A DNA stretch of 64,000 nucleotides from Escherichia phage vB_EcoM-G28: sequence record NC_054916.1; one strand, 5' to 3'. A program made the translations under genes and the position numbers. Below, one piece after another: positions 32,504-43,868 of this stretch (positions within the stretch are counted from its first letter, which is position 1; each line of letters starts with the position of its first letter). The notes below the pieces were generated by a model, which searched no databases, was not told where the DNA came from, and saw nothing but the letters and a program-made list of their open reading frames with translations.

Positions 32504-33339
32504 TAGAATGCTCCTTGAAAAATATTATCACCACAAGTAGGTCTATTATACAAATACTCTATGCCGCCGGGTTTAATATAGTTCCATGTCTGAAACGGAT
32601 GTGTCTGATATGGATGATATGGATTATAAGGATTAAATCCAGGAGTTCTCCAGGTAGTGTTCCAAGGAAAAGAATCGTTTTTAACCATCTTCTCAATTAC
32701 ATCTTTTATAGCTTTTTCACTATCAAAACTTTCTTTATTTTCCTTTGGCGAAAAAAGCTTATTTTCTACATCATTCCATGTATAAACTCGCTGAGCAGTT
32801 TTTGGAATATTGTCACGCTCTCCTCGAGCCATCCAATAAACAGGAACATTTAATATTTCACTCGCGTGATCGCAGTGGTGAGCGAGATCGTCAATATAAC
32901 AAATTACGTTATATTTCTCTTTTGCCTTTTTGAACAACTCTTCTTTTGAAGAATCATGACCACACATCAATACTTCTGAGAAGGCACCAGGAAAAAGAGC
33001 ATTCAAATTAAATTGACGATTCAGCAGAGCGTCAATAGAATCACCCAGTGCTGTAACAGCTACAAAATTATAATCTTCTTTTAATTTGTTAATTACACAC
33101 AGGGCATCTTTATATGGAGACAAATAGCGAATAAAATCTGAACGATTATACTTTTCGATTAATTTAACACCAAGTTCTTCATCGCAATTAAAGAGCTTAC
33201 CAGGAGAAATAAATTTTTCGTCCTGAATCATTTTTAAAATATGTTCCAACGGAAGATTATATTTTTGGGCAAAATAAGGAAGGCCTGATTGCCAGCTTAA
33301 ACATACTCCATCAATATCAGTTAAAATAGTAGGCTTCAT
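32503..33339 (-). CDS. HAD-superfamily hydrolase-like protein (T4 30.2 position)
   Basis: 278 aa; N-terminal ILTDIDGV matches HAD motif I (DxDG). Confidence 0.55.
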   Translation of the reverse strand: MKPTILTDIDGVCLSWQSGLPYFAQKYNLPLEHILKMIQDEKFISPGKLFNCDEELGVKLIEKYNRSDFIRYLSPYKDALCVINKLKEDYNFVAVTALGDSIDALLNRQFNLNALFPGAFSEVLMCGHDSSKEELFKKAKEKYNVICYIDDLAHHCDHASEILNVPVYWMARGERDNIPKTAQRVYTWNDVENKLFSPKENKESFDSEKAIKDVIEKMVKNDSFPWNTTWRTPGFNPYNPYHPYQTHPFQTWNYIKPGGIEYLYNRPTCGDNIFQGAF

Positions 33340-33800
33340 AGAGAGTCTCTTAATAGGTTTAACACATCAATAAATTCAGCTTCGGTTAGTATTGTATCAT
33401 CTTTTGTTAGACCACTAGCCATGCTGTGCTTCAAAACTTTTCCTTTCGAGGCTTGTAATGCATCGCGAAAGCCCTTGTTTTGAATCGCTGCTTCAAAATA
33501 TGCATTTGTGTATAATTCTTTCCACGCTGGGGAGTATCTTGAAAATGGAACTCCAAGCCAGAAGAGGGTTCCGCGGTCCTGAGCTCTTGCATAAGACCTT
33601 CCAGCTTGTTGGGCGGCAAGCCCGGATAACCCAAATATACGACGTTGTTGTTCAACATTTTTCACCTTGCATCCTTGGAGGAATCCTTCAAGACCTCCAA
33701 ATTGAATACCATCCATAACGAAAGGCCAATGGGCGAAATTACTTAATGCACATGATGGCCACCTAAAATTACTTCTAATCTCTAACTCAGACATTTTCAA
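33336..33800 (-). CDS. NADAR/YbiA-like (DUF1768) protein (T4 30.3 position)
   Basis: 154 aa; LSNFAHWPFVMDGIQFGGLEGFLQGCKV matches the NADAR signature as I remember it. Confidence 0.6.
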   Translation of the reverse strand: MKMSELEIRSNFRWPSCALSNFAHWPFVMDGIQFGGLEGFLQGCKVKNVEQQRRIFGLSGLAAQQAGRSYARAQDRGTLFWLGVPFSRYSPAWKELYTNAYFEAAIQNKGFRDALQASKGKVLKHSMASGLTKDDTILTEAEFIDVLNLLRDSL

Positions 33801-33993
33801 TGCTTATAATTTCAACATCAGCCCAATGACCATAGTTTGGTAGACGAAATTCAACTGGCCAGTCACTGCCTTTTTCTAATATAATAGACTTAACTTGTGG
33901 TTCTTCGTGTTCATCAGTATACGGATTTTTATCTGTTACTTTATATGTGACCTTAATGTACTGAATTCCAAAAATCTTATTAATTATATTCAT
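33787..33993 (-). CDS. Hypothetical small protein (30.x block)
   Basis: 68-aa ORF; synteny. Confidence 0.5.
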   Translation of the reverse strand: MNIINKIFGIQYIKVTYKVTDKNPYTDEHEEPQVKSIILEKGSDWPVEFRLPNYGHWADVEIISIENV

Positions 33994-34187
33994 ACTAATT
34001 CCTTTAATCCGTAGATAGGAGATAATTCATCGCCCATACGAAGGTCTTCATTCCCATCTACCCAAGAAACAATATAAGCCTCTTTTACTTGAACATCTCC
34101 CAATTTAAATGCGGGTAAAACCTTAGAAATTAATCCAGGTATACCAACTCCCTTTAATTCAACGGTTTGGCCTAAAAAGAATTTCAT
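33990..34187 (-). CDS. Hypothetical small protein (30.x block)
   Basis: 65-aa ORF; start overlaps the upstream stop. Confidence 0.5.
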   Translation of the reverse strand: MKFFLGQTVELKGVGIPGLISKVLPAFKLGDVQVKEAYIVSWVDGNEDLRMGDELSPIYGLKELV

Positions 34188-34474
34188 TAGAACCTCATCT
34201 GAAAACCATGTGATTTAACATTACCGCCATTAATATCAGAACTATTAATTTCACGTGCAATTGAGGGATCAATGTCAATTTCGCCATTAAGTTTAATGAT
34301 AGACAAAGTATCACGCCCATTTACTGTGCGGAACTCTAAAGGACAAACCACATCAACGTAGTTTTTAATCGATTCACTGGTAGGTTGCAAATGGGCAGGA
34401 AGGTCTTTAGGCGCCTTTGAGAAAACTACTTCACAGAAGTTTTTACGAGTATCAAAATAAGTGGTCATAAACAT
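34187..34474 (-). CDS. Hypothetical protein (30.x block)
   Basis: 95-aa ORF. Confidence 0.5.
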   Translation of the reverse strand: MFMTTYFDTRKNFCEVVFSKAPKDLPAHLQPTSESIKNYVDVVCPLEFRTVNGRDTLSIIKLNGEIDIDPSIAREINSSDINGGNVKSHGFQMRF

Positions 34475-34489
34475 AATATTTTCCTCAGT

Positions 34490-34503
34490 AGGGGCCGAAG
34501 CCC
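34490..34503 (-). terminator. Stem-loop within the 30.x block
   Basis: ggggc-cgaa-gcccc. Confidence 0.4.
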
Positions 34504-34514
34504 CTCATTTTATT

Positions 34515-34892
34515 TTAAATATCAAATTCGTTAAGAACTACATCAAAGATTGCTTCAAGATGATCAGGTTTAGCTCTGTTACTCAGAATATGACGAATCC
34601 AAGTTTTAACTAAGAGTTTACGATTAGCACCATTCCAGCAAGGATGAGTCCCTAAATCGCGTTGACGGAAATCATCATCCAGAGCGATTTTAAAGTTGGA
34701 ACCTTCCATCGTGATTGAAACCGTGATACCGTTTTCAAATCGTATATAAACGTAATTAGGAGTCATATACTGTTCAATTTCGCATACTGATCCATTTTGA
34801 TGTTTCCAAAGGCAAATAGTATCAATAGAACCTGCAATACCATTAGAAACATATTTACGTTCAAAGTTGATGTAGTTCATTTTATTCTCCAA
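34515..34892 (-). CDS. Hypothetical protein (30.x block)
   Basis: 125-aa ORF with an early promoter upstream. Confidence 0.55.
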   Translation of the reverse strand: MENKMNYINFERKYVSNGIAGSIDTICLWKHQNGSVCEIEQYMTPNYVYIRFENGITVSITMEGSNFKIALDDDFRQRDLGTHPCWNGANRKLLVKTWIRHILSNRAKPDHLEAIFDVVLNEFDI

Positions 34893-34916
34893 GATGTTTA
34901 ATTGCGGTACAGGTAT

Positions 34917-34945
34917 ATAATATCATATCCTGTACCAAAGTAAAC
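34917..34945 (-). promoter_or_regulatory. Early-type promoter inside an inverted repeat
   Basis: Minus strand reads GTTTAC, 17 nt, TATTAT; flanked by GGTACAGG / CCTGTACC. Confidence 0.45.
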
Positions 34946-34947
34946 AA

Positions 34948-35280
34948 TTATTTTACTACTTTCCAATGCTGCATGTCAAGTTTACCAACTTTTTTCATCT
35001 TCTCAATTAAGCGTTCGGCACGTTGGCGAGCTGTAACATAATGCCATTCGCCTAATTCATTTTGTTCAATTTTTCCAACGATTACTGTATTCAATTCATA
35101 AATCCAACCAGTAAAGAAATTATGAACTTGAATTGTAAAGGTGAAATCTGTTCCCATACCTTCTGTTGTTTCTACTTCAATAATATCACCTTCAACTGCC
35201 ATTAAGAACCACATAGTTTCATCATATTTACCATTGAAGCATTTAGTTTTAACTGCAGCGTTCAGATTAATCGTTTTCAT
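34948..35280 (-). CDS. Hypothetical protein (30.x block)
   Basis: 110-aa ORF. Confidence 0.55.
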   Translation of the reverse strand: MKTINLNAAVKTKCFNGKYDETMWFLMAVEGDIIEVETTEGMGTDFTFTIQVHNFFTGWIYELNTVIVGKIEQNELGEWHYVTARQRAERLIEKMKKVGKLDMQHWKVVK

Positions 35281-35367
35281 TTTATTCTCCTTTGTTTGTG
35301 TAAGATAATACTATCACAAAGGAACCATACTGTAAACAACTTTGTGCAATCTTTGGAAAATAAAAAA

Positions 35368-35385
35368 GGACTCCCGAAGGAGTCC
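35368..35385 (-). terminator. Stem-loop downstream of the basic small ORF
   Basis: ggactcc-cgaa-ggagtcc. Confidence 0.5.
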
Positions 35386-35390
35386 TCAAC

Positions 35391-35567
35391 TTATGCTTTC
35401 TGCTTACCAAAACGAGAAGCATCATCTCGAAGAACCGCACGTGCTCGGCGCATGATCTTCTCAACAGTTTGATTGATACGAGAGTTCGACCCACGCTTGT
35501 AGCCAGCGCGTTTAGAATCACCAACTTTCTTTTCAACTGCTTTCTTTGCTTTAACTTGTTTTGCCAT
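35391..35567 (-). CDS. Small basic protein, about 58 aa from the MAKQVKAKK start (ORF track extends to 35609)
   Basis: Lys/Arg-rich ORF; the internal ATG has a better-placed ribosome-binding site than the track start. Confidence 0.45.
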   Translation of the reverse strand: MAKQVKAKKAVEKKVGDSKRAGYKRGSNSRINQTVEKIMRRARAVLRDDASRFGKQKA

Positions 35568-35855
35568 TATAAATTCTCTTTTAAATGAAAATGCAGGACT
35601 TATTGGCATTGCCTGCGCAAGCCCTCAAGGGGAACATAGGTTTTGAATATTTACCGACAGGATAACCATAAACCTCGTCATCATACCACCAAGACTTACA
35701 CAGATAACACTTTTCTGACGCATGATAGTAACATTCAAGAGGTACACCATAAAACTGCCGGGGTCTTAAAACTATAATGATTCGCAAATCAATAATCAGA
35801 CAGTTCGATGGCTCCTCGATTTTAGCTCACACTAAGGCAGTGAATCTCCAATAAA

Positions 35856-36104
35856 TTACTTCAATGTTACCACAAAGTGACGAACTGCTTTTCGTGCAGC
35901 AGAAGCCAGAGGCTTAGCATATTTAAGTTCATCTTTTTCCTGAAGCTCAGCAGCTAATGCAGTTTGAGCAGGATTCAGATGTTTGAAATAACGCAGGATT
36001 TCAAGAGCTTCGGCTTCAACATCAATAGATGCGCCATAGTTTTCGTGACCATTATTCCATGCGTTTCGTTGCAGTTCAAGAGCGTGTTGTAATTGTTTAA
36101 TCAT
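35856..36104 (-). CDS. rIII: rIII lysis-inhibition accessory protein
   Basis: 82 aa; position next to gene 31; size as T4 rIII. Confidence 0.8.
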   Translation of the reverse strand: MIKQLQHALELQRNAWNNGHENYGASIDVEAEALEILRYFKHLNPAQTALAAELQEKDELKYAKPLASAARKAVRHFVVTLK

Positions 36105-36251
36105 TTAAAAATTCTCGTTAGAGATTAAAACTCGGTAGTCACGTTCTTCTGAATTTCATCTTCTTTCGACAGATCTCTCAGTTGTAGACTACCACGTAGA
36201 ATTGTTCGGTTAACTTATTATTCCGACACCCAATTCATATTATTATTTATA

Positions 36252-36587
36252 TCACTTATAAAGACATGGAATAGCTTTATAATGACATGTTACGAATTTT
36301 TGTTTAATTTCTTTTGGCTGCTTAAGACCCAGAGCTACAAAAGGATGCGGAACGTTTCGAATTTGACCAACTGGCAGAGAAGTCAAATCACCAACTTCGC
36401 AGAAACCTTCAGGAACATCAGGACCAACAGAGTGAACTACACACAGTTCAGGAACTTCACCTTGAACACGTTTACCGATAATAAGTCCTGATTCTGTAAC
36501 TTCTTCATCACCGGCTTGCGCAGGTTCAGAAACTAAAATAACATATTCACCGACAGCACGAATTGGTAGCTGTTGTACTTCAGACAT
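36252..36587 (-). CDS. 31: Co-chaperonin gp31 (GroES analogue)
   Basis: 111 aa; size and position as T4 gp31. Confidence 0.9.
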
Positions 36588-36643
36588 CGTTTTTCCTTTT
36601 TATTAACAGATGAATTAATAATAACAAATAATTCTTAAAGCAT

Positions 36644-36952
36644 TTATTTACCAATAAATTGAAGCAAATGCTCAACTTTCATACCATTAACGGAAATCAA
36701 CTTATCAATAGAAAAACCTCGCCATGCACCAAGCTCAACATCAAATACTGGAATCATATCAGTAGATTCTTTCCGAGTAGATTCAGTCAATTTACCGGTT
36801 TGCATGGTTGGCATAAAGTCTGCATCACGAGTACCTTTCATAGTACGAATAGTACCATCAGACTTTTCAAAAACTACGTTTGAAATACCCATGGACAATT
36901 TAGTTTTCAAAATTTCACGAATTGCTACTTTCTGTTCAGTCGTCAGTTTCAT
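36644..36952 (-). CDS. Hypothetical protein (T4 31.1 position)
   Basis: 102-aa ORF. Confidence 0.55.
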   Translation of the reverse strand: MKLTTEQKVAIREILKTKLSMGISNVVFEKSDGTIRTMKGTRDADFMPTMQTGKLTESTRKESTDMIPVFDVELGAWRGFSIDKLISVNGMKVEHLLQFIGK

Positions 36953-37189
36953 TTATTTACCTATCACAGTTTTAATATGAGTTGTTCCACGTTCTTTAAG
37001 GGTGGAAAGTAATTTTTGGCATTTTTCTAAATCAGATTTCCAACTATATGGTCTATCAATACTAGTCCAATCAGTTTTATAATACTGTTTCCATTTAGAG
37101 AAAAAATATTTCTTAAACTCTACAGCAAATGAGATGTTCTCGTTAGAATAAGAACTAATTGCTGTGAGCTTTACCAAACGAAATTTCAT
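36953..37189 (-). CDS. Hypothetical protein (T4 31.2 position)
   Basis: 78-aa ORF. Confidence 0.5.
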   Translation of the reverse strand: MKFRLVKLTAISSYSNENISFAVEFKKYFFSKWKQYYKTDWTSIDRPYSWKSDLEKCQKLLSTLKERGTTHIKTVIGK

Positions 37190-37770
37190 TATTCACCACA
37201 GAATTCGTTGATATTTTCCCAGTTTAACTTATTCAAGTTTTTCTTAGGAACATTAAACACTTCAATACCTGCATTTCGCAGAATATCATCCCAGCCAGGT
37301 TTATTTTTATCATATGTTTCGCAGTAAACCAGCTTTTTAATACCAGATTGAGCTATCGCTTTTGCGCAATCTGGACATGGAGAAAGTGTTACATACATAG
37401 TAGCACCTTCAATAGAAGAACCATTTCGCGCAGCAAACAAAATTGCATTTAGTTCAGCATGAATTTCATTTTTAGATGACCATTCCGAGTGAGCACTACG
37501 ATGTTCTTTCGCCAAGACAAAACGATCAATTGAACCAAATGATACGCATTCAGGCTTATGACCTTGAATGATAGTATGTTTAGGCTTATTCAACAACCAA
37601 CCTTGCTCAGCAGCATAATCACAACAGTTCACACCCCCTGCGGGTGAACCATTATACCCAGTAGAAATAATACGTCCATTCTTTTCAATTACTGCTCCTA
37701 CCTTCCAGGAGCAACATTTTGATTCCTGTGATACTAAATATGCAATTTGAAGTACTGTACTCGCTTTCAT
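37189..37770 (-). CDS. cd: dCMP deaminase
   Basis: 193 aa; zinc-binding deaminase motifs (HAE...PCPDC); size as T4 Cd. Confidence 0.9.
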   Translation of the reverse strand: MKASTVLQIAYLVSQESKCCSWKVGAVIEKNGRIISTGYNGSPAGGVNCCDYAAEQGWLLNKPKHTIIQGHKPECVSFGSIDRFVLAKEHRSAHSEWSSKNEIHAELNAILFAARNGSSIEGATMYVTLSPCPDCAKAIAQSGIKKLVYCETYDKNKPGWDDILRNAGIEVFNVPKKNLNKLNWENINEFCGE

Positions 37771-38105
37771 TTCATAATCACCAGATAAGCAGATTTAGCA
37801 GTTTCAACACGATAAATTTCGTGACGAAGTTTAGTTATACTTTTAATAACAGAACTAATTATATTCTGCCCATCTTTAAAGCGGTTTTTCTTATCAATAA
37901 AAACTGCGCCAGTCATCTTTTTGTGAAGCTCAACTGGATACTTCGTCACAATAATAGCATCATACACAGAAGGATGAATACTATTCACCAGAGTATCATT
38001 CATTAAAGTTATTCTAATGAACTGTGCTGTTTCAGAATCAAGCGCTCTATGATCGCCAGTATCATTTTCAAGACAATTATCAATTATATCAGTTAAATTC
38101 ATCAT
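37767..38105 (-). CDS. Hypothetical protein (cd.x block)
   Basis: 112-aa ORF. Confidence 0.5.
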   Translation of the reverse strand: MMNLTDIIDNCLENDTGDHRALDSETAQFIRITLMNDTLVNSIHPSVYDAIIVTKYPVELHKKMTGAVFIDKKNRFKDGQNIISSVIKSITKLRHEIYRVETAKSAYLVIMK

Positions 38106-38338
38106 AGTACGCCATACACCCTTTGTGCTTCAACTAATCCATCAAAATCCAGTTTAAGATGCGATATTTGATCGCCATCACCTGGATTCACAATTACTAA
38201 TACTGAACGAGGAGTTTCGGTAATAACACGAACCGATGTTTCAGGAAATCGTTCAGAAACCTTATTTACTAATTCCTGTGCAAATAGTTTAACTTTTTCT
38301 TGGAATTCTTTAACAGTAATCGGTTTTTCACTTAGCAT
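38102..38338 (-). CDS. Hypothetical protein (cd.x block)
   Basis: 78-aa ORF. Confidence 0.5.
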   Translation of the reverse strand: MLSEKPITVKEFQEKVKLFAQELVNKVSERFPETSVRVITETPRSVLVIVNPGDGDQISHLKLDFDGLVEAQRVYGVL

Positions 38339-38859
38339 GTTGATCCCAGCTCCTTACTTTCAACGTTTTTAACTAATTTGACAGAAACTAATTCAGCATC
38401 TTGAGTAATCATTACCGGACCTTCTTCATACTCTTCAAGATATTCTAGAGCTTTCTTTTTAGCTTCTTCCTTCGTATCAGTTTGAGCATAGATATAAAAC
38501 ATACAACCAGTAATACCTACTACTTTCCACTTAATTTCTTTATCAGCTTTAATTTCAAATTTACTGACAGAATCATCTTTTTGAACTTCTTCGAAAAAAG
38601 AATATTCTAACATATAAGCAATTGAAAATAACGGGCTATCTTTATAGGATTCGCCCATTACATCAATAGCTTTATACCAGCAGTCATCAATTTCGCGTTT
38701 AATGCTAATAACATTCTTTGCAGGGTCAATTTTTACTTTAAATGAATTTTCATCAATAAACTGAGCGATTCGTTTATTAGCCCTGCAAGTTTCATTAAAA
38801 ATATCTTTATACCCAGTTTTAAAGCGATAAACCTTATCTTCTTCAAACCATTCGCTCAT
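38332..38859 (-). CDS. Hypothetical protein (cd.x block)
   Basis: 175-aa ORF with an early promoter at about 38878..38909. Confidence 0.55.
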   Translation of the reverse strand: MSEWFEEDKVYRFKTGYKDIFNETCRANKRIAQFIDENSFKVKIDPAKNVISIKREIDDCWYKAIDVMGESYKDSPLFSIAYMLEYSFFEEVQKDDSVSKFEIKADKEIKWKVVGITGCMFYIYAQTDTKEEAKKKALEYLEEYEEGPVMITQDAELVSVKLVKNVESKELGSTC

Positions 38860-38921
38860 TTCAATTTCCTCATTTGTTTTGGTAGAGCTATAATATCACA
38901 ACTCTACCGTAAAGTAAACCA

Positions 38922-39197
38922 TTAAATCGCTTTGAATTCCGCAGTTTGAGATTCAAAGCGAATGTCGCCTTTGATAACTAGCTCAGCATCAAGACCAAAT
39001 ACGACAATGATATGCGCGGAACCTGGATACAACGTGATGGCAACAGAATCCACCTGGTCTGGAAGCAAAGTGTTCAATACATGAGTCACTTGAGCATGAA
39101 TTCGAAGCTCGGCTGCGTTATCAAGTTTTTCAAACATATTATTAGCGATAATTTGACTAAACACTACTTCTACGATTTTAGAGTAAGTCGGAAACAT
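38922..39197 (-). CDS. Hypothetical protein (cd.x block)
   Basis: 91-aa ORF. Confidence 0.5.
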   Translation of the reverse strand: MFPTYSKIVEVVFSQIIANNMFEKLDNAAELRIHAQVTHVLNTLLPDQVDSVAITLYPGSAHIIVVFGLDAELVIKGDIRFESQTAEFKAI

Positions 39198-39261
39198 ATT
39201 TACCTCACATAATTTTCTTCAAGCCAATTAATAATATCCCAAGTTTTATGATGCAAAGCCA

Positions 39262-40465
<1,204 letters not shown>

Positions 40466-40469
<4 letters not shown>

Positions 40470-40696
40470 TTATTTTTCTCAACCAATGATTGAATATAAT
40501 CATGCAGGTCTTTAGATGCTTTACCCCACTTATTTTGGTATTCATTTTTAAGATTAGCCCGAGATTGAGCTAATAAAACATCATTAGTTGGAGGTAAAGA
40601 TTCTAATCGTTGAATCTGGCGTCCATAAATCATTGCAGCCATCTCAGATTCATAAATCAATCCTTTGAGATGTTCAAATTGATGCCATGAAATCAT
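40466..40696 (-). CDS. Hypothetical protein (pseT.x block)
   Basis: 76-aa ORF. Confidence 0.5.
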
Positions 40697-40992
40697 TTAC
40701 ATTTATCCTCTTTTAGCTCTTGACGATAATAACATATCATAGTTTTTTGGTCATGCACATATCGTTTTACATCATTAAGCCAAATACGAAATTCCTGGGA
40801 GTCTTCAAATGGCATACCGACCCAAGCTTTACCATCAATAACTTTAACTTGCCAAGATAGTTTAGCTTCATCATATGACTTTATTTGCACAGGCCAATTA
40901 GGATGAACTGTTTCTTTCTTTACTTCTAGAGGCTTTGTCGAACAACCAACTAGAAGACCAATAGATAATATTACTGCTGATAGTTTAATCAT
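40693..40992 (-). CDS. Outer-membrane spanin lipoprotein (T4 pseT.2 equivalent)
   Basis: 99 aa; N-terminal signal with lipobox LLVGC. Confidence 0.7.
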   Translation of the reverse strand: MIKLSAVILSIGLLVGCSTKPLEVKKETVHPNWPVQIKSYDEAKLSWQVKVIDGKAWVGMPFEDSQEFRIWLNDVKRYVHDQKTMICYYRQELKEDKCK

Positions 40993-41342
40993 TTAGAAAG
41001 GTCCTGGATGTCTTCTGCGAACTTGTTGAAGGAGTTGTTGATTTGTTTTTCAACCAATCCTGGCTTATGAGCCACCACATCCGCCTTCTTTGCATCTTTG
41101 CGCAGTTTTTCATTTTCACGCTCAATAGCAGCAATTGCCTCACGATTTTTATTATTCATCGCATCAATATAATTATACTGAATTCGCAAATTATTTAATG
41201 CTAAAGCGTTTTCATTGGCTGTTTTTGTAATTTCTGCAACAGACGTTTCTAATCTTTCTACCTTATTTTTTAAAATAATAGATGTTCCGCCAAATGCTAT
41301 TACAAGTAATAGCAATCCAGCTGTAAAATTACTTACATGCAT
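40989..41342 (-). CDS. Inner-membrane spanin (T4 pseT.3 equivalent)
   Basis: 117 aa; N-terminal transmembrane helix then predicted coiled coil; directly upstream of the lipoprotein ORF. Confidence 0.7.
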   Translation of the reverse strand: MHVSNFTAGLLLLVIAFGGTSIILKNKVERLETSVAEITKTANENALALNNLRIQYNYIDAMNNKNREAIAAIERENEKLRKDAKKADVVAHKPGLVEKQINNSFNKFAEDIQDLSK

Positions 41343-41839
41343 AAAGTTTTAATAACCTCTATAATATCGTCTTGAGAAAGACCGTTAATTAAAATATGAT
41401 GTTCAGCTGGAGATTTAGAAATTTTAAAGCATGCCTCAACATCTTCTGCCATATCCGATGCACTACGATTTGGATTACTAATTCCAAGACGATGTTTTCC
41501 CGTCAAAGGATTAACGATGATGTAGCATTTACAGCTATTAATGTGAACATTAGGTTGAGTCTGATTAATGAACACATCACAATCATATTTCGCAAGCTGA
41601 TTTTCTAAAAAGACTTTCATCTCCTCAACCGCATCAGGAAGCATATCACGGGCTTGCTCAAGACGACGATTTCGATATTCTTTGATGGTCGTTTTCCGCT
41701 TAACTTGCTTAGCTAAATCTTTCTTAAGATCGGTGATATATCCAACTCGACGATTTCCTTTGAATACAGAAATCCCATCTGTAGTATCACCGTATGCTTC
41801 AACGACCATCTCAGTAGTAATAAGCTGCAAATCCATCAT
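41333..41839 (-). CDS. alc: Alc (host transcription shut-off protein)
   Basis: 168 aa; position between rnlA and the pseT block as in T4. Confidence 0.75.
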   Translation of the reverse strand: MMDLQLITTEMVVEAYGDTTDGISVFKGNRRVGYITDLKKDLAKQVKRKTTIKEYRNRRLEQARDMLPDAVEEMKVFLENQLAKYDCDVFINQTQPNVHINSCKCYIIVNPLTGKHRLGISNPNRSASDMAEDVEACFKISKSPAEHHILINGLSQDDIIEVIKTLCM

Positions 41840-41843
41840 AAAG

Positions 41844-41897
41844 TCCTCATGTTATGTCAGTAAGATTATTATAACACAACACGAGGGACTTGTAAAC
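41844..41897 (-). promoter_or_regulatory. Early promoter plus leader module for alc (copy 1)
   Basis: Identical 54-mer to 26329..26382. Confidence 0.6.
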
Positions 41898-41903
41898 AGC
41901 TTA

Positions 41904-42190
<287 letters not shown>

Positions 42191-42194
42191 AAAG

Positions 42195-42248
42195 TCCTCA
42201 TGTTATGTCAGTAAGATTATTATAACACAACACGAGGGACTTGTAAAC
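42195..42248 (-). promoter_or_regulatory. Early promoter plus leader module, duplicated copy
   Basis: Third identical copy of the 54-mer, inside duplication copy 2. Confidence 0.55.
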
Positions 42249-42251
42249 AGC

Positions 42252-43839
<1,588 letters not shown>

Positions 43840-43847
43840 AATAAAAT

Positions 43848-43861
43848 GGGCCTTGCGGCCC
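43848..43861 (-). terminator. Stem-loop between nrdB and denA
   Basis: gggcc-ttgc-ggccc. Confidence 0.4.
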
Positions 43862-43868
43862 ACACTCC

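Noticed and set aside
35581-35787. 68-aa Cys-rich ORF downstream of rIII
   Set aside because: Starts with TTG, has no ribosome-binding site and overlaps the neighbouring ORF; kept only as part of a finding about the region, not as a CDS
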